Assembly (NCBI GenBank): GCA_965662175.1
Contig: CBFIGT010000052.1
Span: 1 to 15,736 of the forward strand
Length of the DNA stretch: 15,736 nt
Origin: Arcobacter sp.
GTDB lineage: Bacteria; Campylobacterota; Campylobacteria; Campylobacterales; Arcobacteraceae
Reading direction: 5' to 3'
The notes beneath the pieces were generated by a model. The model made no database searches. It worked only from the letters and a program-made list of their open reading frames with translations, and was not told the origin of the DNA. The translations under genes were made by a program, and so were the position numbers. Below are positions 1 through 9,534 of this stretch, in pieces (the stretch's first letter is position 1; each line of letters opens with the position of its first letter).

Positions 1-245
1 GGCCTATTGGTGTAGGGCGTGGATGTATTGGATGTAGTGAGCCTGATTTTTGGGATAAATATGCATATGAAAGACCAATGGCAGATGCAAATATCAAAGC
101 ACCAACAGGTGGAGTTGAAAAAACTGTAGATGAGTTTGGACTTGGATTATTAACAGCAACAACAATTGGTATTGGAGTTCATGCAGTGGCATCTGCTGTT
201 GCAGGTAAGAGATCAGAAAACAATGGTGAAAGTGAGGACGCATAA
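1..245 (+). CDS. hydA: [NiFe] hydrogenase small subunit, C-terminal part (5' truncated by the window)
   Basis: Not in the ORF track. The frame starting at base 3 reads PIGVGRGCIGCSEPDFWDKYAYERP...FGLGLLTATTIGIGVHAVASAVAGKRSENNGESEDA*. It has the Fe-S motif GCIGCSEPDFWD and a C-terminal membrane anchor with the conserved His. Stop TAA (243-245) overlaps the hydB ATG (TAATG). Confidence 0.96.
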   Translation, partial: PIGVGRGCIGCSEPDFWDKYAYERPMADANIKAPTGGVEKTVDEFGLGLLTATTIGIGVHAVASAVAGKRSENNGESEDA

Positions 246-1981
246 TGAGTAAACATATAGTAATAGATCCAATTACTAGGATTGAGGGACATTTAAGAAT
301 TGAAGCTGTAATTGATGAAAATAATGTAGTTACAGATGCCTTTTCATCATCTACAATGTTTAGGGGAATTGAAGAGATTTTAAAAGGGAGAGACCCAAGA
401 GATTGTGGACTTTTAGCTATGAGAATTTGTGGGGTTTGTACAGGTACTCACTATCAAAGATCTATTGAAGCTGTTGAACATGCCTTTAAAGTAACAATTC
501 CAAAAAATGCAAGACTTGTTAGAAATATGATGCAAGGTGCTTTATATATCCATGATCATATTGTTCACTTTTATCATTTACATGCTCTTGATTGGGTTGA
601 TATTACAAAAGCTTTAGAAGCTGACCCTAAAAAAGCAGTTGCAGAGGCTCAAAAATGGGCTAAACTTTCAGGTCAAAGACCATGGAATGCTAGTGAAGAT
701 AATTTTGCTGAAGTACAACAAAGAGTTACAAAATATGTAAAACAAGGAAGACTTGGAGTTTTTGGAAATGCATATTGGGGTTCTAAAGCCTATAAGCTTA
801 CTCCTGAGCAAAACTTAATTGGATTATCTCATTATCTTGATGCACTAGAACTTCAAAGAGAAGTTGCAAAAGCTCAAGCTATTTTTGGTGGGAAAAATCC
901 ACATCCACAATCAATAGTTGTAGGTGGAGTTACCTGTGTTCAAGATATTAAAAATCCAGCACGTGTTGCTGAGTTTAAAGATATTATCCAAAAAGCTTTA
1001 AAATTTACAAAACAAGCATATTTACCTGATGTTTATATGGCTGGGACTATGTATGCTGATGAAGCTTTAAATGGTACAGGTGGAGGTTTAGGAAACTTCA
1101 TGTCTTATGGTGATTTTAATTTAGATGATACTGAGTTTTATTCAGCTGCTAAACTATTTCCAAGTGGAATTGTTATGAATAAAGATTTATCAAAAGTTTA
1201 TGATTTAGACCAAACAAAAATTACAGAAGATGTAACTCATGCTTGGTATGAGGGAGAAACAAACTTACATCCTTATGAGGGTGAGACAAAACCTAAATAT
1301 ACAGGATTTAAAGAGAAAAAAGATGGTATTGCGTATTTAGATATAAAAAATAAATACTCTTGGATTAAATCACCACTTTATGATGATGAGAGAATGGAGG
1401 TTGGACCATTAGCTAGAATGATTGTAGGGGTTGCACGTGGTGATGAAAGAATCTCAAAATATGTTACAACTTTTCTAAAAAATGGTAATTTACCAACAAA
1501 AGTACTATTTTCTACAGTTGGAAGAACAGCAGCTCGTGCAATAGAGACAGAAATGATGTGTGATGTTGTTATTCAATGGTCAGATGAATTAGCAAAAAAT
1601 GCAGCGGCTGGTGATTTATCAACATGGACTGAATTTGATTTTGATAAAGTAGCTAAAGATGCTCAAGGTTTTGGAATGGCTGAGGCTCCAAGAGGAGGTT
1701 TAGGTCATTGGATTAAAATCAAAGATGGTAAAGTTGTAAACTATCAAGCGGTTGTTCCCTCAACTTGGAATGCAGCACCAAAAGATTATAAAAATAGAAT
1801 GGGAGCATACGAAGCCTCACTTGTTGGTACAAAAGTAGTTGATCCTGATATGCCTTTAGAGATTTTAAGAACAATCCATAGTTTTGACCCTTGTATTGCT
1901 TGTGCTGTTCATATTGTGGATACCAAAGGTAAAGAGCTTGGAGTTTATAAAATAGACCCAACAGGTGTATGCCGTGCCTAA
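245..1981 (+). CDS. hydB: Group 1 [NiFe] hydrogenase large subunit
   Basis: N-terminal DPITRIEGH, L1 motif RICGVCTGTH, APRG, and L2 motif SFDPCIACAVH followed by a cleavable C-terminal extension. GAGG Shine-Dalgarno upstream. Confidence 0.98.
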   Translation: MSKHIVIDPITRIEGHLRIEAVIDENNVVTDAFSSSTMFRGIEEILKGRDPRDCGLLAMRICGVCTGTHYQRSIEAVEHAFKVTIPKNARLVRNMMQGALYIHDHIVHFYHLHALDWVDITKALEADPKKAVAEAQKWAKLSGQRPWNASEDNFAEVQQRVTKYVKQGRLGVFGNAYWGSKAYKLTPEQNLIGLSHYLDALELQREVAKAQAIFGGKNPHPQSIVVGGVTCVQDIKNPARVAEFKDIIQKALKFTKQAYLPDVYMAGTMYADEALNGTGGGLGNFMSYGDFNLDDTEFYSAAKLFPSGIVMNKDLSKVYDLDQTKITEDVTHAWYEGETNLHPYEGETKPKYTGFKEKKDGIAYLDIKNKYSWIKSPLYDDERMEVGPLARMIVGVARGDERISKYVTTFLKNGNLPTKVLFSTVGRTAARAIETEMMCDVVIQWSDELAKNAAAGDLSTWTEFDFDKVAKDAQGFGMAEAPRGGLGHWIKIKDGKVVNYQAVVPSTWNAAPKDYKNRMGAYEASLVGTKVVDPDMPLEILRTIHSFDPCIACAVHIVDTKGKELGVYKIDPTGVCRA

Positions 1982-2687
1982 GTTTAATAGGGTTGAGAGA
2001 ATGACTCCAATCATGCGAACAATTCACTGGGTGAATGCTGTTTGTATGATTGTTGCAGTTGCAACCGGGCTTTATATTGGACATCCATATTATCAATCAT
2101 TTATAGCTGATCCTGCTGTTGATAAATATGTTATGGCATGGAATAGATGGGGACACTTTATTGTAGCAATCATCTTTGATGTAACAGCTATTTTAATTGG
2201 TTATTTATATCTATTCTCACGATTTGAAAAACCATATAAAAAGATTTTGCCAACAAAGAAAAACTTTATTGAGTTTTGTGAAGTATTCTTTAATCTTATA
2301 ACTTTTAATAGAAGAAAAAAGTTTGATTCAACACATAGTGATTCTTATAACATTATGTTTTTTACACTTTTTCATATATTATTAGTGTTTATGCTTTTAA
2401 CAGGGCTTCAATTATATGTGCATGGATTAGCATCAGGACATAGCTCAATTGGTGCTTGGTGGCCATGGCTTTTACACTTTGCTACTGATTGGACACTTGA
2501 TGTATTTGGTGGAAATATGGGAGTTAGAATTGCCCATCATACAGCAATGTATTTGATTATCATGTGGGTTATGTCACATATTTATTATCAAATATGGAGA
2601 ACAATTTTCTGGAGAGAGGGTGATATCAATATAGTATTTGGTGGAACTAAATTTGTGAATAAAAAAGCAAATAAAGAGAATAAATAG
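1974..2687 (+). CDS. hydC: Ni/Fe hydrogenase b-type cytochrome subunit
   Basis: Four hydrophobic helices with candidate heme-ligand His residues (RTIHWVNA, WGHF, IAHH, MSHIY). The ORF track starts at GTG 1965, but GTG 1974 is preferred because AGGTG (1963-1967) lies 6 nt upstream. The start is uncertain. Confidence 0.95.
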   Translation: MPKFNRVERMTPIMRTIHWVNAVCMIVAVATGLYIGHPYYQSFIADPAVDKYVMAWNRWGHFIVAIIFDVTAILIGYLYLFSRFEKPYKKILPTKKNFIEFCEVFFNLITFNRRKKFDSTHSDSYNIMFFTLFHILLVFMLLTGLQLYVHGLASGHSSIGAWWPWLLHFATDWTLDVFGGNMGVRIAHHTAMYLIIMWVMSHIYYQIWRTIFWREGDINIVFGGTKFVNKKANKENK

Positions 2688-2724
2688 ATAAAAAAGGGCT
2701 TATAAACTATAGGCCCTTTTTTAT
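2688..2724. terminator. Rho-independent terminator, potentially bidirectional, after hydABC
   Basis: ATAAAAAAGGGCTTATA-AAC-TATAGGCCCTTTTTTAT is a 17-bp inverted repeat with one G-U pair, a GC core and flanking A6/T6 tracts, immediately after the hydC stop. Confidence 0.88.
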
Positions 2725-2729
2725 AAAAC

Positions 2730-2774
2730 TAGTAGATTCATAAGCAAAATAGATTTTTGTTTTTGAATCTATTA
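2730..2774. repeat. Second, imperfect inverted repeat upstream of hydD
   Basis: TAGATTCA (2733-2740) pairs with TGAATCTA (2764-2771). The pairing extends inward (AAGCAAAA/TTTTGTTT) and outward, around a TAGAT loop. Confidence 0.6.
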
Positions 2775-2794
2775 ATAAAATATGAAGGTATGGT

Positions 2795-3373
2795 ATGAAA
2801 AATATTGTTATTGGGGTTGGGAACTTACTTTTTAAAGATGAGGGAGTAGGAATTTTAGCTTCAAAATATTTAGAAGATAATTATGATTTTGAGGGTGATT
2901 TAGAAATAATTGATGGTGGAACATTAGGATTTAAACTAATGACTTACTTTCAAGATTATGATAATGTTATTATCTTAGATACTGTATCTATTGAAGATAA
3001 GCCTGGAGATATTTTTAGATTACCTTCTGATGTACTTTTAGGACTTGGACAATATAGAAAAACAGCCCATGAAGTTGAAATAGTAGAGATGCTAGAGATT
3101 TGCTCAGTTTTAGAAAAACATGCTTGGGTTACTATTATTGGTATTGTTCCTGAGGATATTATTAGTGTAGAAATTGGGCTTACAAAAACTATTGAAAATA
3201 AATTTATGGGATTAATAAATCAAGCAATTATAGATATAGAAAAATTAGATGTAAAAGTTACAAAAAAACTTGAACAAAAAACTATTGCTCAAGTTTGTAA
3301 GGGATTATTAGGTTCATATAATGATGAGTTTGATGAGAGAATTCCAAATGAAGAGGATATAACAAGAAGATGA
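2795..3373 (+). CDS. hydD: Hydrogenase maturation endopeptidase (HyaD/HybD family)
   Basis: Motifs IGVGNLLFKDEGVG, IIDGGTLG, VIILD and TAHE. Lies directly after hydABC, with SD GAAGG upstream. Confidence 0.96.
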   Translation: MKNIVIGVGNLLFKDEGVGILASKYLEDNYDFEGDLEIIDGGTLGFKLMTYFQDYDNVIILDTVSIEDKPGDIFRLPSDVLLGLGQYRKTAHEVEIVEMLEICSVLEKHAWVTIIGIVPEDIISVEIGLTKTIENKFMGLINQAIIDIEKLDVKVTKKLEQKTIAQVCKGLLGSYNDEFDERIPNEEDITRR

Positions 3374-4908
3374 AATTATATTACAAAATAGAGTTTAATA
3401 GTACAAATTTATATTATAAACATATAATTGAAAATCTAGTAAAACAAAATGGAATTAATGCATATGTTAGACAATATAAAGCTTTTATTTTATTAATTTG
3501 TGATGATAGTGAAGAGAAAATTACTAGTTTTTTTGAATTTTTAGGTGAAAATTTACCCTTATCCATATTTGTTGGAAAATCATATACTCTTGATTTTTTT
3601 GATGAGTCACAAGAGCAACTAGAGGATAAAAATATTTTACAAAATATCTCTATATTTACAAATAAAGAGATTGCAAATATTTTAAAAGAGAATGCATCAA
3701 TTGATTTTTCAAATGATATAAATATTTTGAAAAAAGGAAAAGTCTCTAAAATTGAGACTCATAATGGATTAAAAGATCTATTTTTACCATCACGTGAGTT
3801 AAGAGAAAAGTTTGAAAATGAGGGTAATGAAGTTAAGCTTTTTGTTTGTAATATAAATAAACTGTCAAATCTTGTAGAGCTTAGTCCAAAAGATTTACAA
3901 CTATTATGCTCAATTGAGAGACCTTTAGTAAAACTAAAGTTTAAAATTCTAAAAAATCAAAACAAAGAGTTTTCAAAAACAGATTTTATATATGTAAAAA
4001 TTCCTGATGATAAAGAGTCAATACTATTTGCAAATGCTTTACAAAAAGAGGGTATTGATTATTTATTATATGTAAAAGAAGAGAGTTTACAAGATGGATT
4101 AAAAGTTACATATTTTAAAGATGATAATATTATTGTAAAGGGTGAAAAATCTCTTTTTCCAAAATATGATTATAATTTAGATAAAAAATATAATAGTTCA
4201 AAAGAGTATTTTGAAGAGAATGGTGGAGTAGCTAAAGGAATACTAGCAGCACTTAATAAAAGAATAAAACCAACTATTGGAGTCTATTTTTCACAAAAAA
4301 GAGATAATAGTGCTATTTTTGTAAATATTCCAGGAAAAGGCTTAAAAGAGATTATCTCTATTCCTAATATTATTTGTGATGTTAATAATGCTATGGAAGA
4401 GATTTCTTCTATTGATGAAAACTGCTTAAGATTAGTGCAAAATTATAATAAAAAGTTTCCAAGCTATTTTGAAAAAGAGTTAAAAAACATAGAGGCTGAT
4501 GGTTTTGAAGCTATTATGAATTTGTGTGCATATGTTTTAGGAATGGAAGATTATTTAGAGTTTGAAAATGCTGCTTTTGCATATAATTCTAAAAGTGGGC
4601 TACAAATAGATATGAGACTTATAAAAATTGATGGAGTTAATTATTTAGATTATAGAAAAGTTGTTCAAAGTATAATGAGTTATAAGATGGCTGATGTAGA
4701 TAATAGAATGTTAGCTTTTTCATTTTATGAGAGTTTGAGTGATTTAATAAAAGATAATGTTACAAAAATTGCTCAAGATATAGATTGTAAGGATTTGATT
4801 TTATGTGGAGATATGTTTGCAAACTCAATTCTTTTATCAAAAGTAAGTGATAGTTTAGGAAAAAGTTTTGAAATAAATATTTCTAAAGAGATACCATTAG
4901 ATTATTAG
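3370..4908 (+). CDS. hydE: HydE-type hydrogenase accessory protein (degenerate HypF-like)
   Basis: ATGA overlap with hydD, ~510 aa, and the hydABCDE synteny known from Wolinella/Helicobacter. Segments align by eye with HypF of this window (LLCSIERPLVKL vs IILSKEKPIVIV; LILCGDMFANSILL vs IILTGGVFQNKSLL). Confidence 0.82.
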   Translation: MKLYYKIEFNSTNLYYKHIIENLVKQNGINAYVRQYKAFILLICDDSEEKITSFFEFLGENLPLSIFVGKSYTLDFFDESQEQLEDKNILQNISIFTNKEIANILKENASIDFSNDINILKKGKVSKIETHNGLKDLFLPSRELREKFENEGNEVKLFVCNINKLSNLVELSPKDLQLLCSIERPLVKLKFKILKNQNKEFSKTDFIYVKIPDDKESILFANALQKEGIDYLLYVKEESLQDGLKVTYFKDDNIIVKGEKSLFPKYDYNLDKKYNSSKEYFEENGGVAKGILAALNKRIKPTIGVYFSQKRDNSAIFVNIPGKGLKEIISIPNIICDVNNAMEEISSIDENCLRLVQNYNKKFPSYFEKELKNIEADGFEAIMNLCAYVLGMEDYLEFENAAFAYNSKSGLQIDMRLIKIDGVNYLDYRKVVQSIMSYKMADVDNRMLAFSFYESLSDLIKDNVTKIAQDIDCKDLILCGDMFANSILLSKVSDSLGKSFEINISKEIPLDY

Positions 4909-4919
4909 ATAATTAAGAC

Positions 4920-4925
4920 TATAAT
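4920..4925 (+). promoter_or_regulatory. Putative sigma70 -10 box for the DUF389 gene/hypF
   Basis: Perfect TATAAT 28 nt before ATG 4954, followed by a GAGG SD. The AT-rich background lowers its significance. Confidence 0.45.
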
Positions 4926-4953
4926 ATTTTATACACCAAAATAGAGGTTTTTT

Positions 4954-6855
4954 ATGTATAAAGAGTTATTTCTTATAGTTGAAGATGAAAGTGATTTAAG
5001 CAAATATGAAAATATTATCAAATATACAAGTGAAAAGTATGAGCTTAATCTAAAAATAAGATTATTTGATAAAAGTTATGAAAATATAGAAAATAGTCTA
5101 TATATTTTATTTTTAAGTGATGAAAAAATAAAGATTTTTTTAAAAAATCATATATTTAAAAATATAAATATAGCAATATTGCCAAATGAAATGTGCAAAA
5201 ATACAGTTAATAGTTATGGTATTTCAGAAAATATTTATGATGCTATAGATGATGCTTTAAATATAGATTTACTAAGTAAAGTTGATATATTAAACTGTAA
5301 TGAGGAGATTGTATTAAACCGAATAGAAATAGGTGATATGCATGGAATAGATTACTCAAATAATGATGGTTTTTTTATAAAAACAAAAAACTTTTTTGAT
5401 AACTTAAAAAACTTAAAGTATATTCCTTTTACTTTTACTACCTCCAAAGAACAGACTTTTAAAACTGTTGCTTCGGGAGTTACTATTTTAGAACACTCAA
5501 TCAAAAATAGTAATTTTGCATTAAAAGATCATTTTTCAGGGCATGATGGAAAGCTAAATGCTTTTGTTTTATCTCCTGTTTCCCTAATCTCCTATATTTG
5601 GTATTTGATTTCAATCTTCTTTTATGAAAAAATATCTCTTATTTCTTTGCCAAAAAGTTTGGGTTTTATAAAGACTACAAAATTAACAATTAATTTAGAT
5701 GAAGAGATTAATTATGTAATTGATAGTAAAAATTTATATAAAACAAATGAGATAAGACTTGAGGTTTTACAAGATTGTTTAAATATTCACTTAGGTAGAG
5801 ATTTAGCCCAGAGTATAAGAAATGAGCCTATTAGCTTGGAGGAAAAAGATACCATAAAAGTAAATATGCTTCCAAGGGGTGAGATAAATGATATTTTAGT
5901 TCAGGGTAAAATTCCACTATTTAAAAAAGCTAGTGATGATGATATAAAAGATTTATTTATAAACCTAAAAGATGGTGCTAAGCTTTCATATGTATTTTTA
6001 ACTCTTATGATATTAAGTACACTATTAGCAACAACTGGATTATTTGCATCTTCAGCACCTGTAATTATAGGTGCGATGATTTTAGCACCACTTATGACAC
6101 CAATTATATCTTTGTCTATGGGTGTTATTAGAGCTAATGAGATACTTATTAAACATAGTATAAAGACACTATTTATTGGTATTTTTGTAGCTTTATTAGT
6201 ATCTTCTTTATTTACTTTATCTATTCCTTTACAGCAAATTACAGCTGAAATGGAGAGTAGACTAAATCCAAATATATTAGATTTGTTAGTAGCTGTTTTT
6301 TCAGGTATAGCTGGGGCTTATGCAACTTCTAAAGAGGAGGTTGCAAAATCTTTGGCAGGAGTTGCCATAGCTGTTGCATTAGTTCCACCTTTAAGTGTAA
6401 CAGGAATTGGAGTAGGGCTTGGAAATATTGAGGTTATTTATGGTTCATTTTTATTATTTATTACAAACCTTGTTGGTATAACACTAAGTGCTGCGCTAAC
6501 TTTTTTGATTTTGGGATTTGCACCAATTAAAAGAGCAAAAAAAGGGCTTTTTTTAACACTAATTATTATGAGTATTATTACTATTCCTTTAGTATTTTCA
6601 TTTTTACATATGGTTGAAAAAAATAATTATTTAAGTCAATTAAAAGATTTTAAAACATTGGTGATTAATAATAAAGATTTAGAAATAAATATAGAAAATA
6701 TTATAAAAAATGAAGAAACTCTTTTAATAGATATTCAAGTAACAAGTGATAGTTTGATTTTAAAAGATGATTTTATTATATTAAAAAATAGAATTGAAAA
6801 AGCATTGGGTGAAAGAGTTTTATTAAAAGTCTCTTCAAAAATAGTTGTAAAATAA
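4954..6855 (+). CDS. TIGR00341/DUF389 family membrane protein with an N-terminal diacylglycerol-kinase-like region
   Basis: The C-terminal half has DUF389 hallmarks (SAPVIIGAMILAPLMTPI, RLNPNILDLLVAVFSGIAGAYA, LAGVAIAVALVPPLSVTGIG, LLFITNLVGI). The N-terminal half has DAGK-like elements (IAILP..., VDILNCN, HDGKLNAFVL). Confidence 0.85.
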   Translation: MYKELFLIVEDESDLSKYENIIKYTSEKYELNLKIRLFDKSYENIENSLYILFLSDEKIKIFLKNHIFKNINIAILPNEMCKNTVNSYGISENIYDAIDDALNIDLLSKVDILNCNEEIVLNRIEIGDMHGIDYSNNDGFFIKTKNFFDNLKNLKYIPFTFTTSKEQTFKTVASGVTILEHSIKNSNFALKDHFSGHDGKLNAFVLSPVSLISYIWYLISIFFYEKISLISLPKSLGFIKTTKLTINLDEEINYVIDSKNLYKTNEIRLEVLQDCLNIHLGRDLAQSIRNEPISLEEKDTIKVNMLPRGEINDILVQGKIPLFKKASDDDIKDLFINLKDGAKLSYVFLTLMILSTLLATTGLFASSAPVIIGAMILAPLMTPIISLSMGVIRANEILIKHSIKTLFIGIFVALLVSSLFTLSIPLQQITAEMESRLNPNILDLLVAVFSGIAGAYATSKEEVAKSLAGVAIAVALVPPLSVTGIGVGLGNIEVIYGSFLLFITNLVGITLSAALTFLILGFAPIKRAKKGLFLTLIIMSIITIPLVFSFLHMVEKNNYLSQLKDFKTLVINNKDLEINIENIIKNEETLLIDIQVTSDSLILKDDFIILKNRIEKALGERVLLKVSSKIVVK

Positions 6856-6879
6856 ATGAAATAGAGATGAAAGCAGTTT

Positions 6880-9117
6880 ATGTCAAATATTTGTATAGAA
6901 CTTAAAGTAAAAGGAATTGTGCAGGGTGTTGGTTTTAGACCTTTTGTGTATAACTTAGCTTTAGAGTATGGAATTAATGGTTGGGTTAATAATGATGATA
7001 AAGGGGTAAATATTCTTCTTTATACAAATAAAAAAACTTGTGATAAGTTTCTAGAAAAGCTAAAAACTCAAGCTCCAAAATTAGCACGAATTGACTCAAT
7101 TGATATAAAACTACTTGGTAATAATAAAACTTATAAGAGCTTTGAAATAATTAAAAGTGAAAACTCAAATAATAAATCAACAATAATATCTCCTGATGTT
7201 AGTGTTTGTGATGATTGCATAAATGATATAAATGATGAAAAAAATTTTAGATTTAATTATGCCCTTACAAACTGTACAAATTGTGGACCAAGATACTCTA
7301 TAATCAAAACAGTACCTTATGATAGATGTAATACCTCTATGGCAGATTTTGAGCTTTGTGAGGATTGTAAAAAAGAGTATGAAGACCCCAAAAATAGAAG
7401 ATATCACGCACAACCAGTCGCTTGTCAAAAATGTGGACCCCAAATAAAACTTTATGATAATCAAAAAAATGAACTAGCCTTAAATATAGAAGCAATCAAA
7501 AAAATTGCAAATAAAATAAATGATGGAAAAATTGTAGCCATAAAAGGAATGGGTGGTTTTCATTTAGTGTGTGATGCAACAAATGAAGATAGTATAAAAA
7601 GATTAAGAGATAAAAAAAATCGTCCTAGCAAACCCTTTGCTCTTATGTTTAAAAATCTAAAAGAGATTAAAAAGCACACTTTACTTTCTAAAAAAGAGGA
7701 AGAGATTATTCTTTCAAAAGAAAAACCAATAGTAATAGTAAATAAAAATAATAAAAGATATATAAGTGAAAATGTAGCACCTAATATAAATAGATTAGGT
7801 GTTATGATAGCTTATACTCCACTTCATATTCTTCTTTTTAGATATTTAAACAATCCAATAATAGCAACAAGTGCAAATCTAAAAGATGAGGCTATTATAA
7901 AAACTTGTGAAGATATATATTTAAAACTATCAAATGTAGTTGAGTTTGTACTTGATTTTAATAGAGAAATTATAAATGCTTGTGATGACTCTATTGTACA
8001 AATTGTAAATAATGATATTCAAGTTTTAAGAAGTGCTAGAGCTTATGCTCCTTTATCCCTTAAGGTAGAAAATAAGTTTAATAAAAAAGTTTTAGCCTTA
8101 GGGGCTAATCAAAAAAACTCAATATCAATTGCTTTTGAGAATAATATAATCTCTTCCCCTTATATAGGTGATTTAAACTCTATTGTTTCTATGGAGTATT
8201 TTCAAAGAACAATTAATACTTTTAAAGGATTTTATGATTTTGAACCTGATTTAATAGTTTGTGATAAACATCCAAATTATGAAACAACAAAATGGGCTAA
8301 AGCCCAAAATAAAGAGCTAATTCAGATACAACATCATTATGCCCATGTTTTATCTTGTATGGCTGAGTATAATTTAGATGAAGATGTTTTAGCCTTTGCC
8401 TTTGATGGAACAGGTTATGGAGATGATGGAAATATTTGGGGTGGTGAGGTTTTTATAGCAAATAGACAAACATATAAAAGAGTATATCATTTGGAATATT
8501 TTAGACTTTTAGGTGGTGAAAAAGCTGTAAAAGAGCCAAAAAGAGTCGCTTTATCTTTGTTATTTGATAATTTTACTATAGATGAGGTTTTACTTATGAA
8601 TAACCCTTGTGTAAACTCATTTACAAAAGATGAAATAGTGATATATTATAAAATGTGGCAAAAAGGATTAAATGCACCATTAACTAGCTCTATTGGGAGA
8701 TTATTTGATGCAATATCATCTTTTGCTGATATTTTACAAACTCAAAGTTACGAGGGCGAAACAGGCCTTCAAATTGAAAAATATTATGATGAAACGATAA
8801 TTAATGCATATGAATACAGTTTATTTAAAGATAAAATAGACATAAGTAAAACTATTAAACAGATAGTTTTAGACAAAGAGAAGAGTTTAATTTGTACAAA
8901 GTTTTTAAATATGTTAGTTAATTTATTATTTGAAATCTCTATGAAATTTGAGCATTTAAATATTATATTAACAGGTGGCGTTTTTCAAAATAAGAGTTTA
9001 TTAGAGTTATTAGTAAAAAGGTTTGAAATAATAAAACAAAATTATTATTTTAGTAAAAAAATCCCTTTAAATGATGAGGGTATAAGTATCGGACAAATTT
9101 ATTTTATTAAAAAATAG
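6880..9117 (+). CDS. hypF: Carbamoyltransferase HypF
   Basis: Acylphosphatase motif GIVQGVGFRPFVY, zinc fingers (CDDC...CTNCGPRY; CEDC...RRYHAQPVACQKCGP), YrdC-like KGMGGFHL/TSAN, and Kae1-like QHHYAH, FDGTGYG, GGVFQN. Confidence 0.98.
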   Translation: MSNICIELKVKGIVQGVGFRPFVYNLALEYGINGWVNNDDKGVNILLYTNKKTCDKFLEKLKTQAPKLARIDSIDIKLLGNNKTYKSFEIIKSENSNNKSTIISPDVSVCDDCINDINDEKNFRFNYALTNCTNCGPRYSIIKTVPYDRCNTSMADFELCEDCKKEYEDPKNRRYHAQPVACQKCGPQIKLYDNQKNELALNIEAIKKIANKINDGKIVAIKGMGGFHLVCDATNEDSIKRLRDKKNRPSKPFALMFKNLKEIKKHTLLSKKEEEIILSKEKPIVIVNKNNKRYISENVAPNINRLGVMIAYTPLHILLFRYLNNPIIATSANLKDEAIIKTCEDIYLKLSNVVEFVLDFNREIINACDDSIVQIVNNDIQVLRSARAYAPLSLKVENKFNKKVLALGANQKNSISIAFENNIISSPYIGDLNSIVSMEYFQRTINTFKGFYDFEPDLIVCDKHPNYETTKWAKAQNKELIQIQHHYAHVLSCMAEYNLDEDVLAFAFDGTGYGDDGNIWGGEVFIANRQTYKRVYHLEYFRLLGGEKAVKEPKRVALSLLFDNFTIDEVLLMNNPCVNSFTKDEIVIYYKMWQKGLNAPLTSSIGRLFDAISSFADILQTQSYEGETGLQIEKYYDETIINAYEYSLFKDKIDISKTIKQIVLDKEKSLICTKFLNMLVNLLFEISMKFEHLNIILTGGVFQNKSLLELLVKRFEIIKQNYYFSKKIPLNDEGISIGQIYFIKK

Positions 9118-9140
9118 TTATATATTATAATTATTTAGTT

Positions 9141-9434
9141 TTATTTAACAAGTTTCTTAACTGATTTTTCGATAAAAAATGCACCAAATGGAATCAGTGA
9201 AAGTACAAAAAGTTGAAACATATAACCCTTATCCCAATCTTCTTTATATTTAGCCTCAAAAAGAGAAATTGTAAAAATTATAAAAAGCACTCCATGTGCC
9301 ATACCAACTATTCTAACAGGGTCTGGATTATCTCCAAAATATTTTAGAGGCATTGCAATTAAAACTAAAATTAAAAATGAAATACCCTCCAGTGCTGATA
9401 TTGTTCTAAATCTATTTATTGCATTTTTAAACAT
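9141..9434 (-). CDS. DUF3817 family small membrane protein
   Basis: FRTISALEGISFLIL..AMPLKY, GMAHGVLFIIF and SLIPFGAF match the DUF3817 pattern. AAGGAA SD on the minus strand (9439-9444). Confidence 0.85.
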   Translation of the reverse strand: MFKNAINRFRTISALEGISFLILVLIAMPLKYFGDNPDPVRIVGMAHGVLFIIFTISLFEAKYKEDWDKGYMFQLFVLSLIPFGAFFIEKSVKKLVK

Positions 9435-9534
9435 ATTTTTCCTTTTTTAAAAGTGAAATATTATCATTTAAAATTTAATAGTTTATTAACTGAATTTAGT
9501 ATAATGATAGTTTAGTTTAATTTTAGGAATTATT

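Noticed and set aside
1880..1912. [NiFeSe] hydrogenase / selenocysteine recoding
   Set aside because: The L2 motif is DPCIAC with ordinary Cys codons and no in-frame TGA.
1719..2096. Minus-strand 125-aa ORF
   Set aside because: Antisense shadow of the well-supported hydB/hydC genes, with no recognisable motif.
7177..7464. Minus-strand 95-aa ORF
   Set aside because: Lies entirely antisense to the hypF zinc-finger region.
7612..7619. A8 homopolymer in hypF as a phase-variation tract
   Set aside because: Short poly-A runs are common in this AT-rich sequence, the frame is intact, and no long poly-G/C tracts occur.
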